Source: Oceanobacter kriegii DSM 6294
GTDB lineage: Bacteria > Pseudomonadota > Gammaproteobacteria > Pseudomonadales > Oceanobacteraceae
Reading direction: 5' to 3'
Assembly (NCBI RefSeq): GCF_000422845.1
Contig: NZ_KE383931.1
Location: 531,366 to 563,365 of the forward strand
Length of the DNA: 32,000 nucleotides
Shown here: positions 8,149-17,917 of the stretch, piece by piece
How the letters are laid out: the number at the start of each line of letters is the position of its first letter
Numbering within the stretch: position 1 is the stretch's first letter
The notes under the pieces: model-generated
The model's input: the letters and a program-made list of their open reading frames with translations, nothing else
Databases searched by the model: none
Told to the model about the DNA's origin: nothing
Translations under genes and position numbers: made by a program

Positions 8149-10305
8149 CTAACGGATCAGGGGCAATCTGAGGGTAAAGCAGGCACCGCCATCGCGGTTG
8201 CAAACGTCCAGCGTGCCTTGCATTTGCTGAACGATTTCCTGGGTAATCGATAAGCCAAGTCCAATGCCCTTACCCACTTCCTTGGTGGTCACATAAGGGT
8301 TGAACAGCTGCCCCATAATAGCGCTGTCGATACCGCCACCGTTATCGGCCATGGTCAGCAGCAGCTCGCCGTTGTCTTCCCGCAGGCCAATATTAATGGT
8401 CGGCTCGGCGCAATCAGCAACGGCATCCAGGGCATTTTTCAGCAAGTTGGACACCGCCAGATCGAGCTTCAGGGCGCTGCCCATGACCTTGCCGTGTTCC
8501 GCAGGCAACTGCTGGTGAATATTCAGCTGTACTCCCCGCTCGGTGAGTTGGTCGGCGCTGACTTCCACCACCTGCTCGACCACCGCCAGCAAGTCGATGG
8601 CTTCCAACTGTTCGCTTTCACCGTAGCTGAAGTGCTTTAGCATACGCACCACTTTTTCCATCTTGCTGGACAGGGGTTTCAAACGGCTGGCGGATTGCGC
8701 CGCACCTTGCCAGTTTTCCCGTTTGAGTTTGTACTCCAGCGCCGCCACCGAGCTGTTCATGGCCGACAACGGCTGGCTCAGCTCGTGCACAATGGTGCCC
8801 GCCATCTTGCCCAGCGCTGCCGCCTTGCTCTTTTGCAGCAAGGCTTGCTGAGCGGTTTCCAGCTCTCTGGTGCGTTCGCTGATGGTTTCTTCCAAAGAGG
8901 CGTTCAGCTTCACCAGCTCGTCTTCGGCTCGTTTGCGCTTGGCAATGTTGATCAGGGTAACCAGATAATGCTCGCGGTTGTCGTACACCACGGGTGACAC
9001 CGCATACATGACCGGCACCGGCTGACCGCCAATGCGAGTCCAGGTTTCGGCGTATTGTGGCGCTTGCTGCTGCAAAGCAACCGGGCTCTGCAGGGTTTGC
9101 AGCGAAGGGATTTGCAGCAGGTCGACTACGCTGACTTGCTGACCGTCACGGAAGTCGGCACCAGCCAACAACAGATTTTCGGCGTAGTCGTTCATCGACG
9201 AAATCCGACCGTCGGCCGAACACACCAACACGCCGATGTGAATGTTATCGATCAGCCGTTGCAGGTCTTCCCGACGCTGGGTCTCGGCTTGACGAATACT
9301 GGCGCGGTAGCGGGCTTTTTTACGGCGTTCAATCATAAACAGCAGCCACAACACCGCCACCAGCGTCAGCACCGCAAAACACACCATGGTCGGCAGCACC
9401 AGTTCGCTCTGGCGTTTGACCTGGTGCATGGTCCAGTCCATGCCCTCAATGGGGGAATGATTCACCAGCCAGGCATCGCGGCCGATGTGCCATAAATCGG
9501 TATCGCTGAACCAACCCAGCGACGCCGATTTCTGGAACAGCATGGCCGGGTCTTCGTCCGGAAACTGACGTTCGGAAATTAATTGCTCACGCTGCTGCAA
9601 ACTCAGCGGCGCAATCAGTTGGTACTGCCAATCCGGCTCGGATGTGATGATCACCACGCCACGATGATCAGTCACCATCACCCGCTGGGCTGCGGATTCC
9701 CAACTGCGGGTCAGGCTTTCCAGCTCCAGCTTGACGGTCACGACGCCGATAAACTCGTCGTTTTCAAACACCGGCGCGGAAATAAAGAACCCCGGAATCC
9801 CGGTGGTGGTGCCTTTGGCAAAATAGAACTGACGACTGCGAAAATCGCGGGCGCGGTGAAAATACGGCCGGAAAGCGTAATTTTCATCAAGAAAGCTGGA
9901 GTTATCCAGGTAGTTACTGGCCGCCAGCACTTCGCCACGAGCGTCCATGGCATAGACGATATCTGCGCCCGACCGCTCGGCGGTAAAGCGCAAATACTGG
10001 TTAATAAAATCCTGATTGTTCACTCGGCCAGTGAGCATATCGCGCAGCCGCTCATCACGAGCCAACAGCGCAGGCAGGTATTCAAACTGGTCGATGGAGG
10101 CTTTGAGGGATTGTTTGAAAATCACCGCAGAATTGCGGTTTTCCTGTGCCAGCGAGGCCACCTTACCGATGTAGTAACCGGCGGTGCCCAGCAGCACAAA
10201 GGCAACGGCCAACAGCACCCAGGCCAGAGGCAAGCGGCTGTCCTTTCGAACAGCCGTTGCAGCAACACGGTTGCTGCCTGAATCCGGGTGACTGTTGGTC
10301 GTCAT
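8149..10305 (-). CDS. dctB: Sensor histidine kinase with large periplasmic sensor domain (DctB-like)
   Basis: 718 aa. Two TM segments flank a ~270-aa periplasmic region, followed by a PAS-like segment. The H-box reads IVHELSQPL, and HATPase N/G boxes (NLLKNALDA, DNGGGI, GIGLGLS) are visible. Confidence 0.8.
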   Translation of the reverse strand: MTTNSHPDSGSNRVAATAVRKDSRLPLAWVLLAVAFVLLGTAGYYIGKVASLAQENRNSAVIFKQSLKASIDQFEYLPALLARDERLRDMLTGRVNNQDFINQYLRFTAERSGADIVYAMDARGEVLAASNYLDNSSFLDENYAFRPYFHRARDFRSRQFYFAKGTTTGIPGFFISAPVFENDEFIGVVTVKLELESLTRSWESAAQRVMVTDHRGVVIITSEPDWQYQLIAPLSLQQREQLISERQFPDEDPAMLFQKSASLGWFSDTDLWHIGRDAWLVNHSPIEGMDWTMHQVKRQSELVLPTMVCFAVLTLVAVLWLLFMIERRKKARYRASIRQAETQRREDLQRLIDNIHIGVLVCSADGRISSMNDYAENLLLAGADFRDGQQVSVVDLLQIPSLQTLQSPVALQQQAPQYAETWTRIGGQPVPVMYAVSPVVYDNREHYLVTLINIAKRKRAEDELVKLNASLEETISERTRELETAQQALLQKSKAAALGKMAGTIVHELSQPLSAMNSSVAALEYKLKRENWQGAAQSASRLKPLSSKMEKVVRMLKHFSYGESEQLEAIDLLAVVEQVVEVSADQLTERGVQLNIHQQLPAEHGKVMGSALKLDLAVSNLLKNALDAVADCAEPTINIGLREDNGELLLTMADNGGGIDSAIMGQLFNPYVTTKEVGKGIGLGLSITQEIVQQMQGTLDVCNRDGGACFTLRLPLIR

Positions 10306-10341
10306 GCGATGTGCCTTACAGATGTTTCATTGAGAAGGCTA

Positions 10342-11748
10342 TCAACCATAGCCCATCAATGATGGCAGCCACAGCACAAAGCCCGGCACTGTGATCAACA
10401 CAATGATGGTCAGTACGTCTGCCACAAAGAATGGCGTACAACCGCGGAACACATCCTGTACCGAACACTCTGGGCGCACGCCGGCAACCACAAAGCAATT
10501 CAGACCAATGGGCGGCGTAATCAGGCACAGCTCGGCCATCTTCACCACAATGATGCCGAACCAGATCGCACAGGCCGTACCAGACATACCAAATGCCGAC
10601 TCAGCAGCCGTCACATCCATGCCGCCATTAAGGGCGATGATCGCCGGGTACACCACAGGCAGTGTCAGCAACAGCATGCCGATAGCATCCATAAACATGC
10701 CCAGAATGGCGTAGGCGCACAGAATCAGCACCAGTGTCAGCATTGGGCTCTGGTCCAGACCGGTCAACCAGTCAGAGAACGCGCTTGGCAGGTCGGCAAA
10801 GCCGAGGAAGCGTACGTACAACAACACACCCCAGATGATGGTGAAGATCATCACCGTCAGCTTGGCAGACTCCAGCAACGCATCTTTCAGCTGGCCCAGC
10901 TTCATGCCCTTGTAGAACGCCATGCACAGAATCACAAACGCGCCCAGTGCACCGGCTTCTGTTGGTGTACCCACACCGCCGTACACACAGATGACGATGA
11001 TGCCGACCACAAACAAAATCGGAGAGGCACCCGGCAAGGTCGCCAGACGCTCTTTCCAGGTAAAGCCTTTTACTGGCGGCCCCAATTTCGGGTTCATCAA
11101 GGCCAGGAAAACCACCAAACCACCGTAAATCAGCGCCGATACAGCACCCGGAATAAAGCCTGCCATCAGCAATGCGCCTACATCCTGCTCAACAATAATG
11201 GCGTAGATCACCAGAATCGAAGACGGTGGAATCAGCGAGGCCAGCGTGCCACCAGCAGCCACCACTCCCGCGGCAAAGCGTTTGTCGTAGCCCAGCTTGA
11301 GCATTTCAGGCACTGCAATGCGAGCGAATACCGCAGACGTCGCCACAGACGCTCCGGACACCGCGGCAAAACCGGCAGTAGAAAATACCGTGGCCACACC
11401 CATACCGCCCGGCAACCAGCCAAGCCACTTTTTCGCCGCTTCAAACAAGGAGCGGGTAAGACCGGCGTGATAGGCCAAAAAGCCGATCAGAATAAAGGTC
11501 GGAATCAGCGACAGTGCCAACGAAGACACTTTGGAATGCGGAATGGTACCCGCCATTTTTACCGCTACTTCAAAGCCGCGCTCAAAGCCCATGCGGGCCG
11601 AAAAAATCCACAGCAGGCCCAGAAAACCTGCCAATGCCGCAGCGAACGCCACTCGCAAACCCAGCAGCACACACAACAACATAACACCCGTTACCCACAG
11701 ACCAATCTCGATCGGGTCCATGGCGGCCATTGTTTCCCAAATACCCAT
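10342..11748 (-). CDS. dctM: TRAP transporter large permease subunit (DctM family)
   Basis: 468 aa and highly hydrophobic, a multi-span protein. It starts 2 nt after the dctQ stop. Confidence 0.9.
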   Translation of the reverse strand: MGIWETMAAMDPIEIGLWVTGVMLLCVLLGLRVAFAAALAGFLGLLWIFSARMGFERGFEVAVKMAGTIPHSKVSSLALSLIPTFILIGFLAYHAGLTRSLFEAAKKWLGWLPGGMGVATVFSTAGFAAVSGASVATSAVFARIAVPEMLKLGYDKRFAAGVVAAGGTLASLIPPSSILVIYAIIVEQDVGALLMAGFIPGAVSALIYGGLVVFLALMNPKLGPPVKGFTWKERLATLPGASPILFVVGIIVICVYGGVGTPTEAGALGAFVILCMAFYKGMKLGQLKDALLESAKLTVMIFTIIWGVLLYVRFLGFADLPSAFSDWLTGLDQSPMLTLVLILCAYAILGMFMDAIGMLLLTLPVVYPAIIALNGGMDVTAAESAFGMSGTACAIWFGIIVVKMAELCLITPPIGLNCFVVAGVRPECSVQDVFRGCTPFFVADVLTIIVLITVPGFVLWLPSLMGYG

Positions 11749-11750
11749 GT

Positions 11751-12401
11751 TCAGCTCCGCCCTGCCTGATCGTTATTATCTGAAGACTCAATCGTGTCTG
11801 ATTCCACCGACGCTGCCTCACGGGCAGCCACAGTCGCTGCATCTTCCACCAACGGCACCGCCACCGGATTGCTTTCACCGGAAATAAGCGCACGGCCATA
11901 ACCCCAGATTTGCATCACCAAACGCAGCGCCAGAATGGCAAAGGCCACCGGTACCACCAGCTTCGCAGGCCAGGTTGGCAAGCCAATATCAAACGAGGTG
12001 TCGCCATTTTCAAAGGCACGCCAGAAGTGTTTGTACGAGCCCCAGGCCAGCAGAACGGTCAGGCCCAGCATGATCAAACAGGTCAGCAGTTCAACGAACC
12101 ACAGGTAACGGCCTTTCAGTTGGCCCACCAGAATATCCATACGAATATGGCCGCCATCCCGCTGCGTGAACGACAAGCCCATAAACGCCATAAAGGCCAT
12201 CGCCTGCTCAACCCAGTCGATGTAGCCCTGCACCGGCAAATCAAAAAACCAACGACCCAGAATGTTGGCGGTCGCCAGCAACACCAGTAACAGAATTACC
12301 ACCCCACCAGCGAGTCCAAGCAAGGACTCCAGCCGATAGAACAGGCGGTCAATACGGCTCAATGCCGACTGATCGGACAGCACGGTAGCGCTTCCAGCCA
12401 T
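11751..12401 (-). CDS. dctQ: TRAP transporter small permease subunit (DctQ family)
   Basis: 216 aa with four predicted TM segments and an acidic C-terminal tail. It sits between the SBP and DctM genes. Confidence 0.85.
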   Translation of the reverse strand: MAGSATVLSDQSALSRIDRLFYRLESLLGLAGGVVILLLVLLATANILGRWFFDLPVQGYIDWVEQAMAFMAFMGLSFTQRDGGHIRMDILVGQLKGRYLWFVELLTCLIMLGLTVLLAWGSYKHFWRAFENGDTSFDIGLPTWPAKLVVPVAFAILALRLVMQIWGYGRALISGESNPVAVPLVEDAATVAAREAASVESDTIESSDNNDQAGRS

Positions 12402-12427
12402 AATTCAGCTCTCTTGAAATAATCGTG

Positions 12428-12453
12428 AATACAAAGCCCACCGGCCGGTGAGC
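12428..12453 (-). terminator. Intercistronic hairpin / partial terminator between dctP and dctQ
   Basis: The minus strand reads GCUCACC-GGCC-GGUGGGC followed by UUUGUAUU. The core is the perfect palindrome CACCGGCCGGTG. Confidence 0.45.
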
Positions 12454-12514
12454 TTGAAGAGGTGGGACTGGCGGAAAACTCCGCAAGCCCCTACCGGGTT
12501 AACACCGCCTGACG

Positions 12515-13519
12515 TTACTTGCCGGCAAATTGCGCGGCAGCGAAGTCCAGCAGTTTCTGAGAGTCAAACTTGCCCTTGTACTGCTTCACCCATTCCTCGC
12601 GAACGGTGGCAGCCGCTTTGTCCAGCTCAGCGGTTTGCTCTGGGGTAAAGGTCACGCGGGTGATATTGTTTTCATCCAGCTTGGCCTCGTAGGCTGCGGT
12701 GACGCCTTCGTAGTTTTCAACGTAGTACGCCAGCGCTTCAGGCACAGAATCCAACAGCGCTTTTTTGTGAGCAGGCTTGAGCATGTCCAGCGCGTCGTTG
12801 TTAACAACGACCGGGCAGTCACCGGAACCCAGGTTCAGGTTGGTGGTGGCCCAGTTGCCAATGGCGGTGGTGTTGGTGGCCAGATGGGCGTGAGGAGCAA
12901 AGGAAGCCGCATCGATCACACCGGAGTCCATCGCCTGACGCACTTCACTGAACGGCACGCCGGTTTTGATAGCGCCGTATTTGGTCAGCACTTCCAGCAG
13001 ACCGCCCGGCCCACGAATACGCATGCCTTCAAAGTCGCTCAGCTCGTCCAGCACATCACCCTTACCCACCAGGTTGTACTGCGGCATTGGGGTTGGCATC
13101 AGCAGCGTGGCGTTCCAGCGCGCCAGGTCTTTTTTAACGATTGGGTGGTTGTACACCGCGGTGTAAATTTCAGCGACGCGGCTCAGGGAAACATCGTGAG
13201 AGAACGGCAGTTCGTTCACGGTAATGGTCGGGTTTTTACCAGCGTGGTAGAAGGCGCAGAACTGTGCCATTTCAAACGCACCGAAGGAAATACCATCGAG
13301 GTTTTCCTTGGATTTGCTCAGACCGCCGTAGGAAATATTCAGCTTGAACTCGCCATTGGTTTTCTGTTCAACCAGTTCGGCCAGCTTTTCAACGTTCTCG
13401 GTAAAGGCACGCTGCTTGCCCCACAGGGACACGTTCCAGGTGGTATCGGCCATAGCGGATGGCGCCATTACAGCCATGGACAGAGCAGACACCAGGCCCA
13501 GCTTCTTGATCGCTTTCAT
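12515..13519 (-). CDS. dctP: TRAP transporter substrate-binding protein (DctP family); substrate not assignable
   Basis: 334 aa with signal peptide MKAIKKLGLVSALSMAVMAPSAMA and GGAG 8 nt upstream. It is the first gene of the P-Q-M operon. Confidence 0.88.
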   Translation of the reverse strand: MKAIKKLGLVSALSMAVMAPSAMADTTWNVSLWGKQRAFTENVEKLAELVEQKTNGEFKLNISYGGLSKSKENLDGISFGAFEMAQFCAFYHAGKNPTITVNELPFSHDVSLSRVAEIYTAVYNHPIVKKDLARWNATLLMPTPMPQYNLVGKGDVLDELSDFEGMRIRGPGGLLEVLTKYGAIKTGVPFSEVRQAMDSGVIDAASFAPHAHLATNTTAIGNWATTNLNLGSGDCPVVVNNDALDMLKPAHKKALLDSVPEALAYYVENYEGVTAAYEAKLDENNITRVTFTPEQTAELDKAAATVREEWVKQYKGKFDSQKLLDFAAAQFAGK

Positions 13520-13600
13520 GAGATTACTCCACGTTCGAATTTATTGTTGTTGGTGACGAGCAGTGAATTGCTTGTTTTTTCGTTGTTGTGGAAGTTCTAC

Positions 13601-13618
13601 TACAAAGATCGGGCCAAA
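13601..13618 (-). promoter_or_regulatory. Candidate sigma-54 (-24/-12) promoter for dctPQM
   Basis: The minus strand reads TTGGCCCGATCTTTGTA, i.e. GG-N10-GT against the consensus TGGCAC-N5-TTGC, so the -12 element is GT rather than GC. It lies about 85 nt upstream of the dctP ATG. The DctD-like activator gene is encoded in the same cluster. Confidence 0.3.
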
Positions 13619-13796
13619 ATCATAAGCTATTGTTTTTAATAGCTTTTTTTCAATTCACCCTAAACATCAGTGACAGAAAAAGCCGTTAAATTCCTGCCAC
13701 AAGCCCAGAACAGGAATTTTTTTTCTCATGAAAGCCCTTTAAATAGCCCCTCAAACAGTCCTTCAAAAAACCGCAAATAGCCCCTCTTACGGCCAC

Positions 13797-13822
13797 AAAA
13801 AAGCCTGCATAAGCAGGCTTTT
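13797..13822 (-). terminator. Rho-independent terminator of the MCP gene
   Basis: AAGCCTGC-ataa-GCAGGCTT forms an 8-bp stem. On the minus strand it is followed by a T-run. Confidence 0.7.
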
Positions 13823-13852
13823 GAGTGTCGTTATTGAATCAAGCAATGAACA

Positions 13853-15793
13853 TCAGATCCGGAACCGCGACACCGTTGCCGCCAAACGGTCGGCCAACTG
13901 CTTGAGGCTACCCGAGCTGTTGTGCAACTTGTCGGCAAACCCCTGAGTCGCATTGGCTTCGGTGTTCACCTCAACAATGTTCTTGTTGATGCTCTCCGAC
14001 ACCTGTTGCTGTTGCTCCGCTGCCGCTGCAATTTGCTGCGCCATATCCCGGATGCGGGTCACCGAATCCTGAATGGACGAGAACACTTCGCGGGTTTGAT
14101 CAGAAGCCGACAGGGTTTGCTCGGAATGCTGCAAGGTGGTTTCCAGCTTGTTGGCTACGTCCGCCGTTTGCTGGTTGAAGGAGGCAATCATGGCATCGAT
14201 TTCAGCAGTAGAGTCCGCCGTACGGCCAGCCAGAGTGCGTACTTCATCGGCCACCACCGCAAAGCCCCGCCCCTGTTCGCCAGCGCGTGCAGCCTCAATG
14301 GCTGCGTTCAATGCCAACAGGTTGGTTTGTTCAGCAATGCCACGAATGGTGTCCAAAATGGTGGTGATGTTGCGGGATTCATCAGCCAGGTTTTTCATCG
14401 CCTGGTTAGAGTCTTCAATACCACGGGTCAGGTACTGCACCGCGCTGGTCGAACGGTCGATATACTGCTGACCACTCAACACCAGCCCCTGACTCTGATC
14501 CGCAGATGAGGCCGTTTCGTTACAGCTTTTGGCCACCTCGGAGGCCGTTGCCACCATTTCGTTGAAGGCCACGGACACCTGATCCATGGCATCAGACTGC
14601 ATCCGGGCACTGCGCGCCATCGACTCCGAGATGCCTGCACCATCCCCCGACTGCACGCCCACTGAGCGCGACGTCTCGGTAATGTCCCTCACCAATTGAT
14701 GAATCATGGCCACGAACTTGTTAAACGCCGAGGCCATGTGGGCCAGCTCGTCGCTGCCACCATCTGGCAAGCGTTTGGTCAGGTCACCTTCACCGTTAGC
14801 TATTTCTTCCATATTGCGTGTCATGGCGGCAATAGGACGAGTGATCAGATTGCTGAACCACATGCCCAGCACGCCGAAGGCCAGCACCAGTACCAGAGCC
14901 ACCAATACTACATCCAGCTGGAACGCATCCGCAGACGCAAACACTTCGGATGCCGGAACCAGGCCAATCAGCGTCCAGCCAGAGGCTTCAGACACATGGC
15001 GTGCCACCAGCCAGTTATCGCCCGCCATCGTCACATTATTGAGGCTTCCCGCGGCCATCGCCGAATAGTCGTTACCGAGCTCAGTCACTTTCTTGAAATT
15101 ATTGTCGGGATTGCCAGCATCCGCTAACACCACGCCGGTCTGGTCGACCAGAATCAGATAACCGGATTCGCCAAAGGTCACCCCACGGACAATTTCGGTC
15201 AATTTCGCCAACGTAATATCAATGGCTACCACGCCGGTCATGCCGCTGCGGGTTTTGAAGGTATGCATGTACGGCAACAACGGGTTACCCGTGTTGAAGT
15301 CGGCGTACGGCGCCATGCTGACCGACTGCCCCGGCTGCTTCAGTGCAGCGCCAAACCACGGACGTTTGGTTGGGTTGTATTCGCCAAGGTCAGTCTTTGG
15401 CCATTGGATGTAACTGCCGTTATCCAGGCCCAGATACACGTATTCCAGATTCGGGTTACTGGAGCCAAAATCATCCATCAAACGCCATGCGTTACGCTCA
15501 ACGGCACTGTTTTGCTCCGGCGTCATGGCTTTGGTTGGGCCAAAGTAGTTGGTCACCGAACCATCCAGCTCGGCCAGTGCATCGGTTTTGGCCAGGAACG
15601 CCACCGACTCGGCCATGCTGTTCAAATAGGTTTGAAAGGTTTGGCTGATTTGGGTCATACGCTCAGCCGCATCGGAACGAAACGCCCGTTCGGAAGTTGC
15701 CCGAAAATCCTGCACCGCAATGGTTGTAATCACCAGCATCGGTAAAACCACCGCAGCCAGAATAATAAGAATTAACCGTTGACGGAGTGTCAT
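13853..15793 (-). CDS. Methyl-accepting chemotaxis protein with periplasmic dCache-like sensor
   Basis: Architecture is TM1, a ~270-aa periplasmic domain, TM2, HAMP, and the conserved MA signalling hairpin ([35 protein letters not shown]). The track start 15799 is a TTG. ATG 15793 has GGAG 8 nt upstream, so I prefer it. Confidence 0.92.
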   Translation of the reverse strand: MTLRQRLILIILAAVVLPMLVITTIAVQDFRATSERAFRSDAAERMTQISQTFQTYLNSMAESVAFLAKTDALAELDGSVTNYFGPTKAMTPEQNSAVERNAWRLMDDFGSSNPNLEYVYLGLDNGSYIQWPKTDLGEYNPTKRPWFGAALKQPGQSVSMAPYADFNTGNPLLPYMHTFKTRSGMTGVVAIDITLAKLTEIVRGVTFGESGYLILVDQTGVVLADAGNPDNNFKKVTELGNDYSAMAAGSLNNVTMAGDNWLVARHVSEASGWTLIGLVPASEVFASADAFQLDVVLVALVLVLAFGVLGMWFSNLITRPIAAMTRNMEEIANGEGDLTKRLPDGGSDELAHMASAFNKFVAMIHQLVRDITETSRSVGVQSGDGAGISESMARSARMQSDAMDQVSVAFNEMVATASEVAKSCNETASSADQSQGLVLSGQQYIDRSTSAVQYLTRGIEDSNQAMKNLADESRNITTILDTIRGIAEQTNLLALNAAIEAARAGEQGRGFAVVADEVRTLAGRTADSTAEIDAMIASFNQQTADVANKLETTLQHSEQTLSASDQTREVFSSIQDSVTRIRDMAQQIAAAAEQQQQVSESINKNIVEVNTEANATQGFADKLHNSSGSLKQLADRLAATVSRFRI

Positions 15794-15866
15794 GGTCAAA
15801 GCTCCAGAAAGATAAAAGTGAGGGTCTCTCTAAAGCCTAGACCACATTTTCAAGAAGGAACGTTTG

Positions 15867-15883
15867 TTAACCGCAATTGTTAA
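15867..15883. promoter_or_regulatory. LysR-type (T-N11-A) inverted repeat TTAAC-N7-GTTAA upstream of gcvT
   Basis: Perfect 5-bp arms, about 190 nt upstream of the gcvT ATG. This is the kind of site used by GcvA-like regulators. Pattern matching only. Confidence 0.3.
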
Positions 15884-16068
15884 TTTTGATACAAAACGGC
15901 CCGAAACCACCGCTTTCCCGCCACCACACAGTGAACGGTAACTGCTCCGTACAGTGCAATTGCTGTGCTCCCGTTCACAACACTGTATACTGCTTGCCCT
16001 TTTTTGATCTCGCCCGGCCCACATCCTGAGTGGCCACGTGGCGCCAACGGATAACAACAGGACGGCTC

Positions 16069-17157
16069 ATGGCAAAACGCACTGCTTTGTACGAGAAACA
16101 CCTCGAAGCCAACGGCAAAATGGTCGACTTCGCCGGCTGGGACATGCCGGTGAACTACGGTTCACAAATTGAAGAACACAAAGCGGTACGTACCGACGCC
16201 GGTATGTTCGATGTGTCCCACATGACCATCGTTGACGTCATGGGCTCCGACGCCACCGACTACCTGCAAAAACTGCTGGCCAACGACGTTGCCAAGTTGA
16301 CCGAGAAAGGCAAGGCACTGTACTCCGGCATGCTGAACAAAGACGGCGGCGTGATCGACGACCTGATCGTCTACAAGGCCGACGGCGGTTACCGCGTGGT
16401 AGTGAACTCCGCCACCCGCGCCAAAGACCTGGAGTGGATGGAAGCCAACCTGCGCGGTTTCTCCAACATCTCCCTCACCGAGCGTCCTGAGCTGGCAATG
16501 ATCGCCGTCCAGGGCCCGAACGCCATCGCCAAGGTGAAGCAAGTTAAACCGGAGTCTGCCGTAGCGGTTGATGGCCTGAAAATTTTCCAGGGTCGCCCAT
16601 TGGCCGACTGGTTCTTCGCGCGTACCGGTTACACGGGTGAAGACGGTCTGGAAATCATGATTCCTGAATCCGACGTTGCTGCCTTCTGGCAAGCACTGGT
16701 CGAAGGCGGCGTGCAGCCATGTGGCCTCGGCGCTCGCGATACCCTGCGTCTGGAAGCTGGCATGAACCTGTACGGCAACGACATGAGCGAAACCGTATCG
16801 CCACTGCAAGCCAACATGGGCTGGACCATCGCCTGGGAACCGGCCGGTCGCGACTTCATCGGCCGTGAAGCGCTGGAAGCGGAAAAAGCCGCCGGCGTTG
16901 CCAATAAACTGGTTGGTCTGGTGCTGGAAGGCCGTGGCATCATGCGTTCACACCAGAAGGTTATCGTTGAAGGTGTGGGCGAAGGTGAAGTGACCTCCGG
17001 TACCTTCTCACCAACGCTGGAATGCTCCATCGCCATGGCCCGTGTACCGGTTGGTACCGGCGACAGCTGCTTCGTCGATATTCGCGGCAAGCAGATTCCA
17101 GCGAAAGTAGTGAAACTGCCGTTCGTTCGTAACGGTAAAAAGGTTTACGAAGGTTGA
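16069..17157 (+). CDS. gcvT: Glycine cleavage system aminomethyltransferase (T protein)
   Basis: ORF track 16030..17157. The conserved N-terminus [30 protein letters not shown] begins at ATG 16069, with AGGA upstream. Confidence 0.95.
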   Translation: MAKRTALYEKHLEANGKMVDFAGWDMPVNYGSQIEEHKAVRTDAGMFDVSHMTIVDVMGSDATDYLQKLLANDVAKLTEKGKALYSGMLNKDGGVIDDLIVYKADGGYRVVVNSATRAKDLEWMEANLRGFSNISLTERPELAMIAVQGPNAIAKVKQVKPESAVAVDGLKIFQGRPLADWFFARTGYTGEDGLEIMIPESDVAAFWQALVEGGVQPCGLGARDTLRLEAGMNLYGNDMSETVSPLQANMGWTIAWEPAGRDFIGREALEAEKAAGVANKLVGLVLEGRGIMRSHQKVIVEGVGEGEVTSGTFSPTLECSIAMARVPVGTGDSCFVDIRGKQIPAKVVKLPFVRNGKKVYEG

Positions 17158-17331
17158 TTAACCTTTTTCTGTCATAAATTCGCGGATTCCTTCCAAAGAC
17201 GGCTTTTGCCCGCCGCAGGAATCCGTAAAATGCAGCGCTTATACAAACAAACATCGTCGTTGCCTGTGTCTTGCTGAATTTGGTCAACCTAACGCCAACA
17301 GCCGGGCAACGCAGCCAGCTTGGAGATAAAC

Positions 17332-17718
17332 ATGGCTAATGTTCCTGCAGATCTGAAATACGTTGCCTCCCACGAGTGGATTCGCGTAGAAGCCGACGGC
17401 ACTGTGACCATCGGTATTACCGACTTCGCTCAGGAATCTCTGGGTGACGTGGTATTCGTTGAACTGCCAGAAGTAGACGCCGAATTCGAAGCCGAAGCCG
17501 ATTGCGCCGTGGTTGAATCCGTAAAAGCCGCCTCCGATATCTACGCCCCGCTGGCGGGTAAAATCGTTGCGGTTAACGAAGACCTGGTTGACGCTCCGGA
17601 AAAAGTAAACGAAGACCCATACGGCGAAGCCTGGTTCTTCCGTATGGAACTGGCCAACCCGGCCGACCTGGACGCCCTGCTGGACGCTGACGCTTACACC
17701 GCCCTGTGCGAAGACTAA
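17332..17718 (+). CDS. gcvH: Glycine cleavage system H protein (lipoyl carrier)
   Basis: [20 protein letters not shown]...; the lipoyl-lysine motif reads [13 protein letters not shown] lies 7 nt upstream of ATG 17332; the track start 17320 is unlikely. Confidence 0.95.
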   Translation: MANVPADLKYVASHEWIRVEADGTVTIGITDFAQESLGDVVFVELPEVDAEFEAEADCAVVESVKAASDIYAPLAGKIVAVNEDLVDAPEKVNEDPYGEAWFFRMELANPADLDALLDADAYTALCED

Positions 17719-17835
17719 GCCAGCGCTAACAGCGACCTGTCATCAAGCCGGATGCTTCTGCCTCCGGCTTGCTTGTTTCTGGCAAGCCAGAGACCCGACG
17801 ACAGCGCCTCTGACGCGACCAACGATCGAATTTTG

Positions 17836-17866
17836 AACCTCTGAGCCTTCAGAGGTTTTTTGTTTT
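17836..17866 (+). terminator. Strong rho-independent terminator between gcvH and gcvP
   Basis: AACCTCTGA-gcct-TCAGAGGTT is followed by TTTTGTTTT. Confidence 0.7.
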
Positions 17867-17917
17867 ACAAGCAGGGCCCCTCAGCCCGGTTTATTCACCT
17901 TCAAGGGTTTTGTATCC

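Noticed and set aside
12530-13639. 369-aa + ORF opposite dctP
   Set aside because: It is a codon-aligned antisense shadow of dctP. It has no signal sequence or motifs and an odd composition.
15800-16068. Expected glycine riboswitch in front of gcvT
   Set aside because: None of the conserved core strings (GGAGAG, ACCGAAGGGGCAA-like, CUCAGGCAAAAGGAC-like) is present on the + strand. The ORFs 15830..16057 and 15880..16101 in this spacer are short, Cys/Arg-rich and lack an SD.
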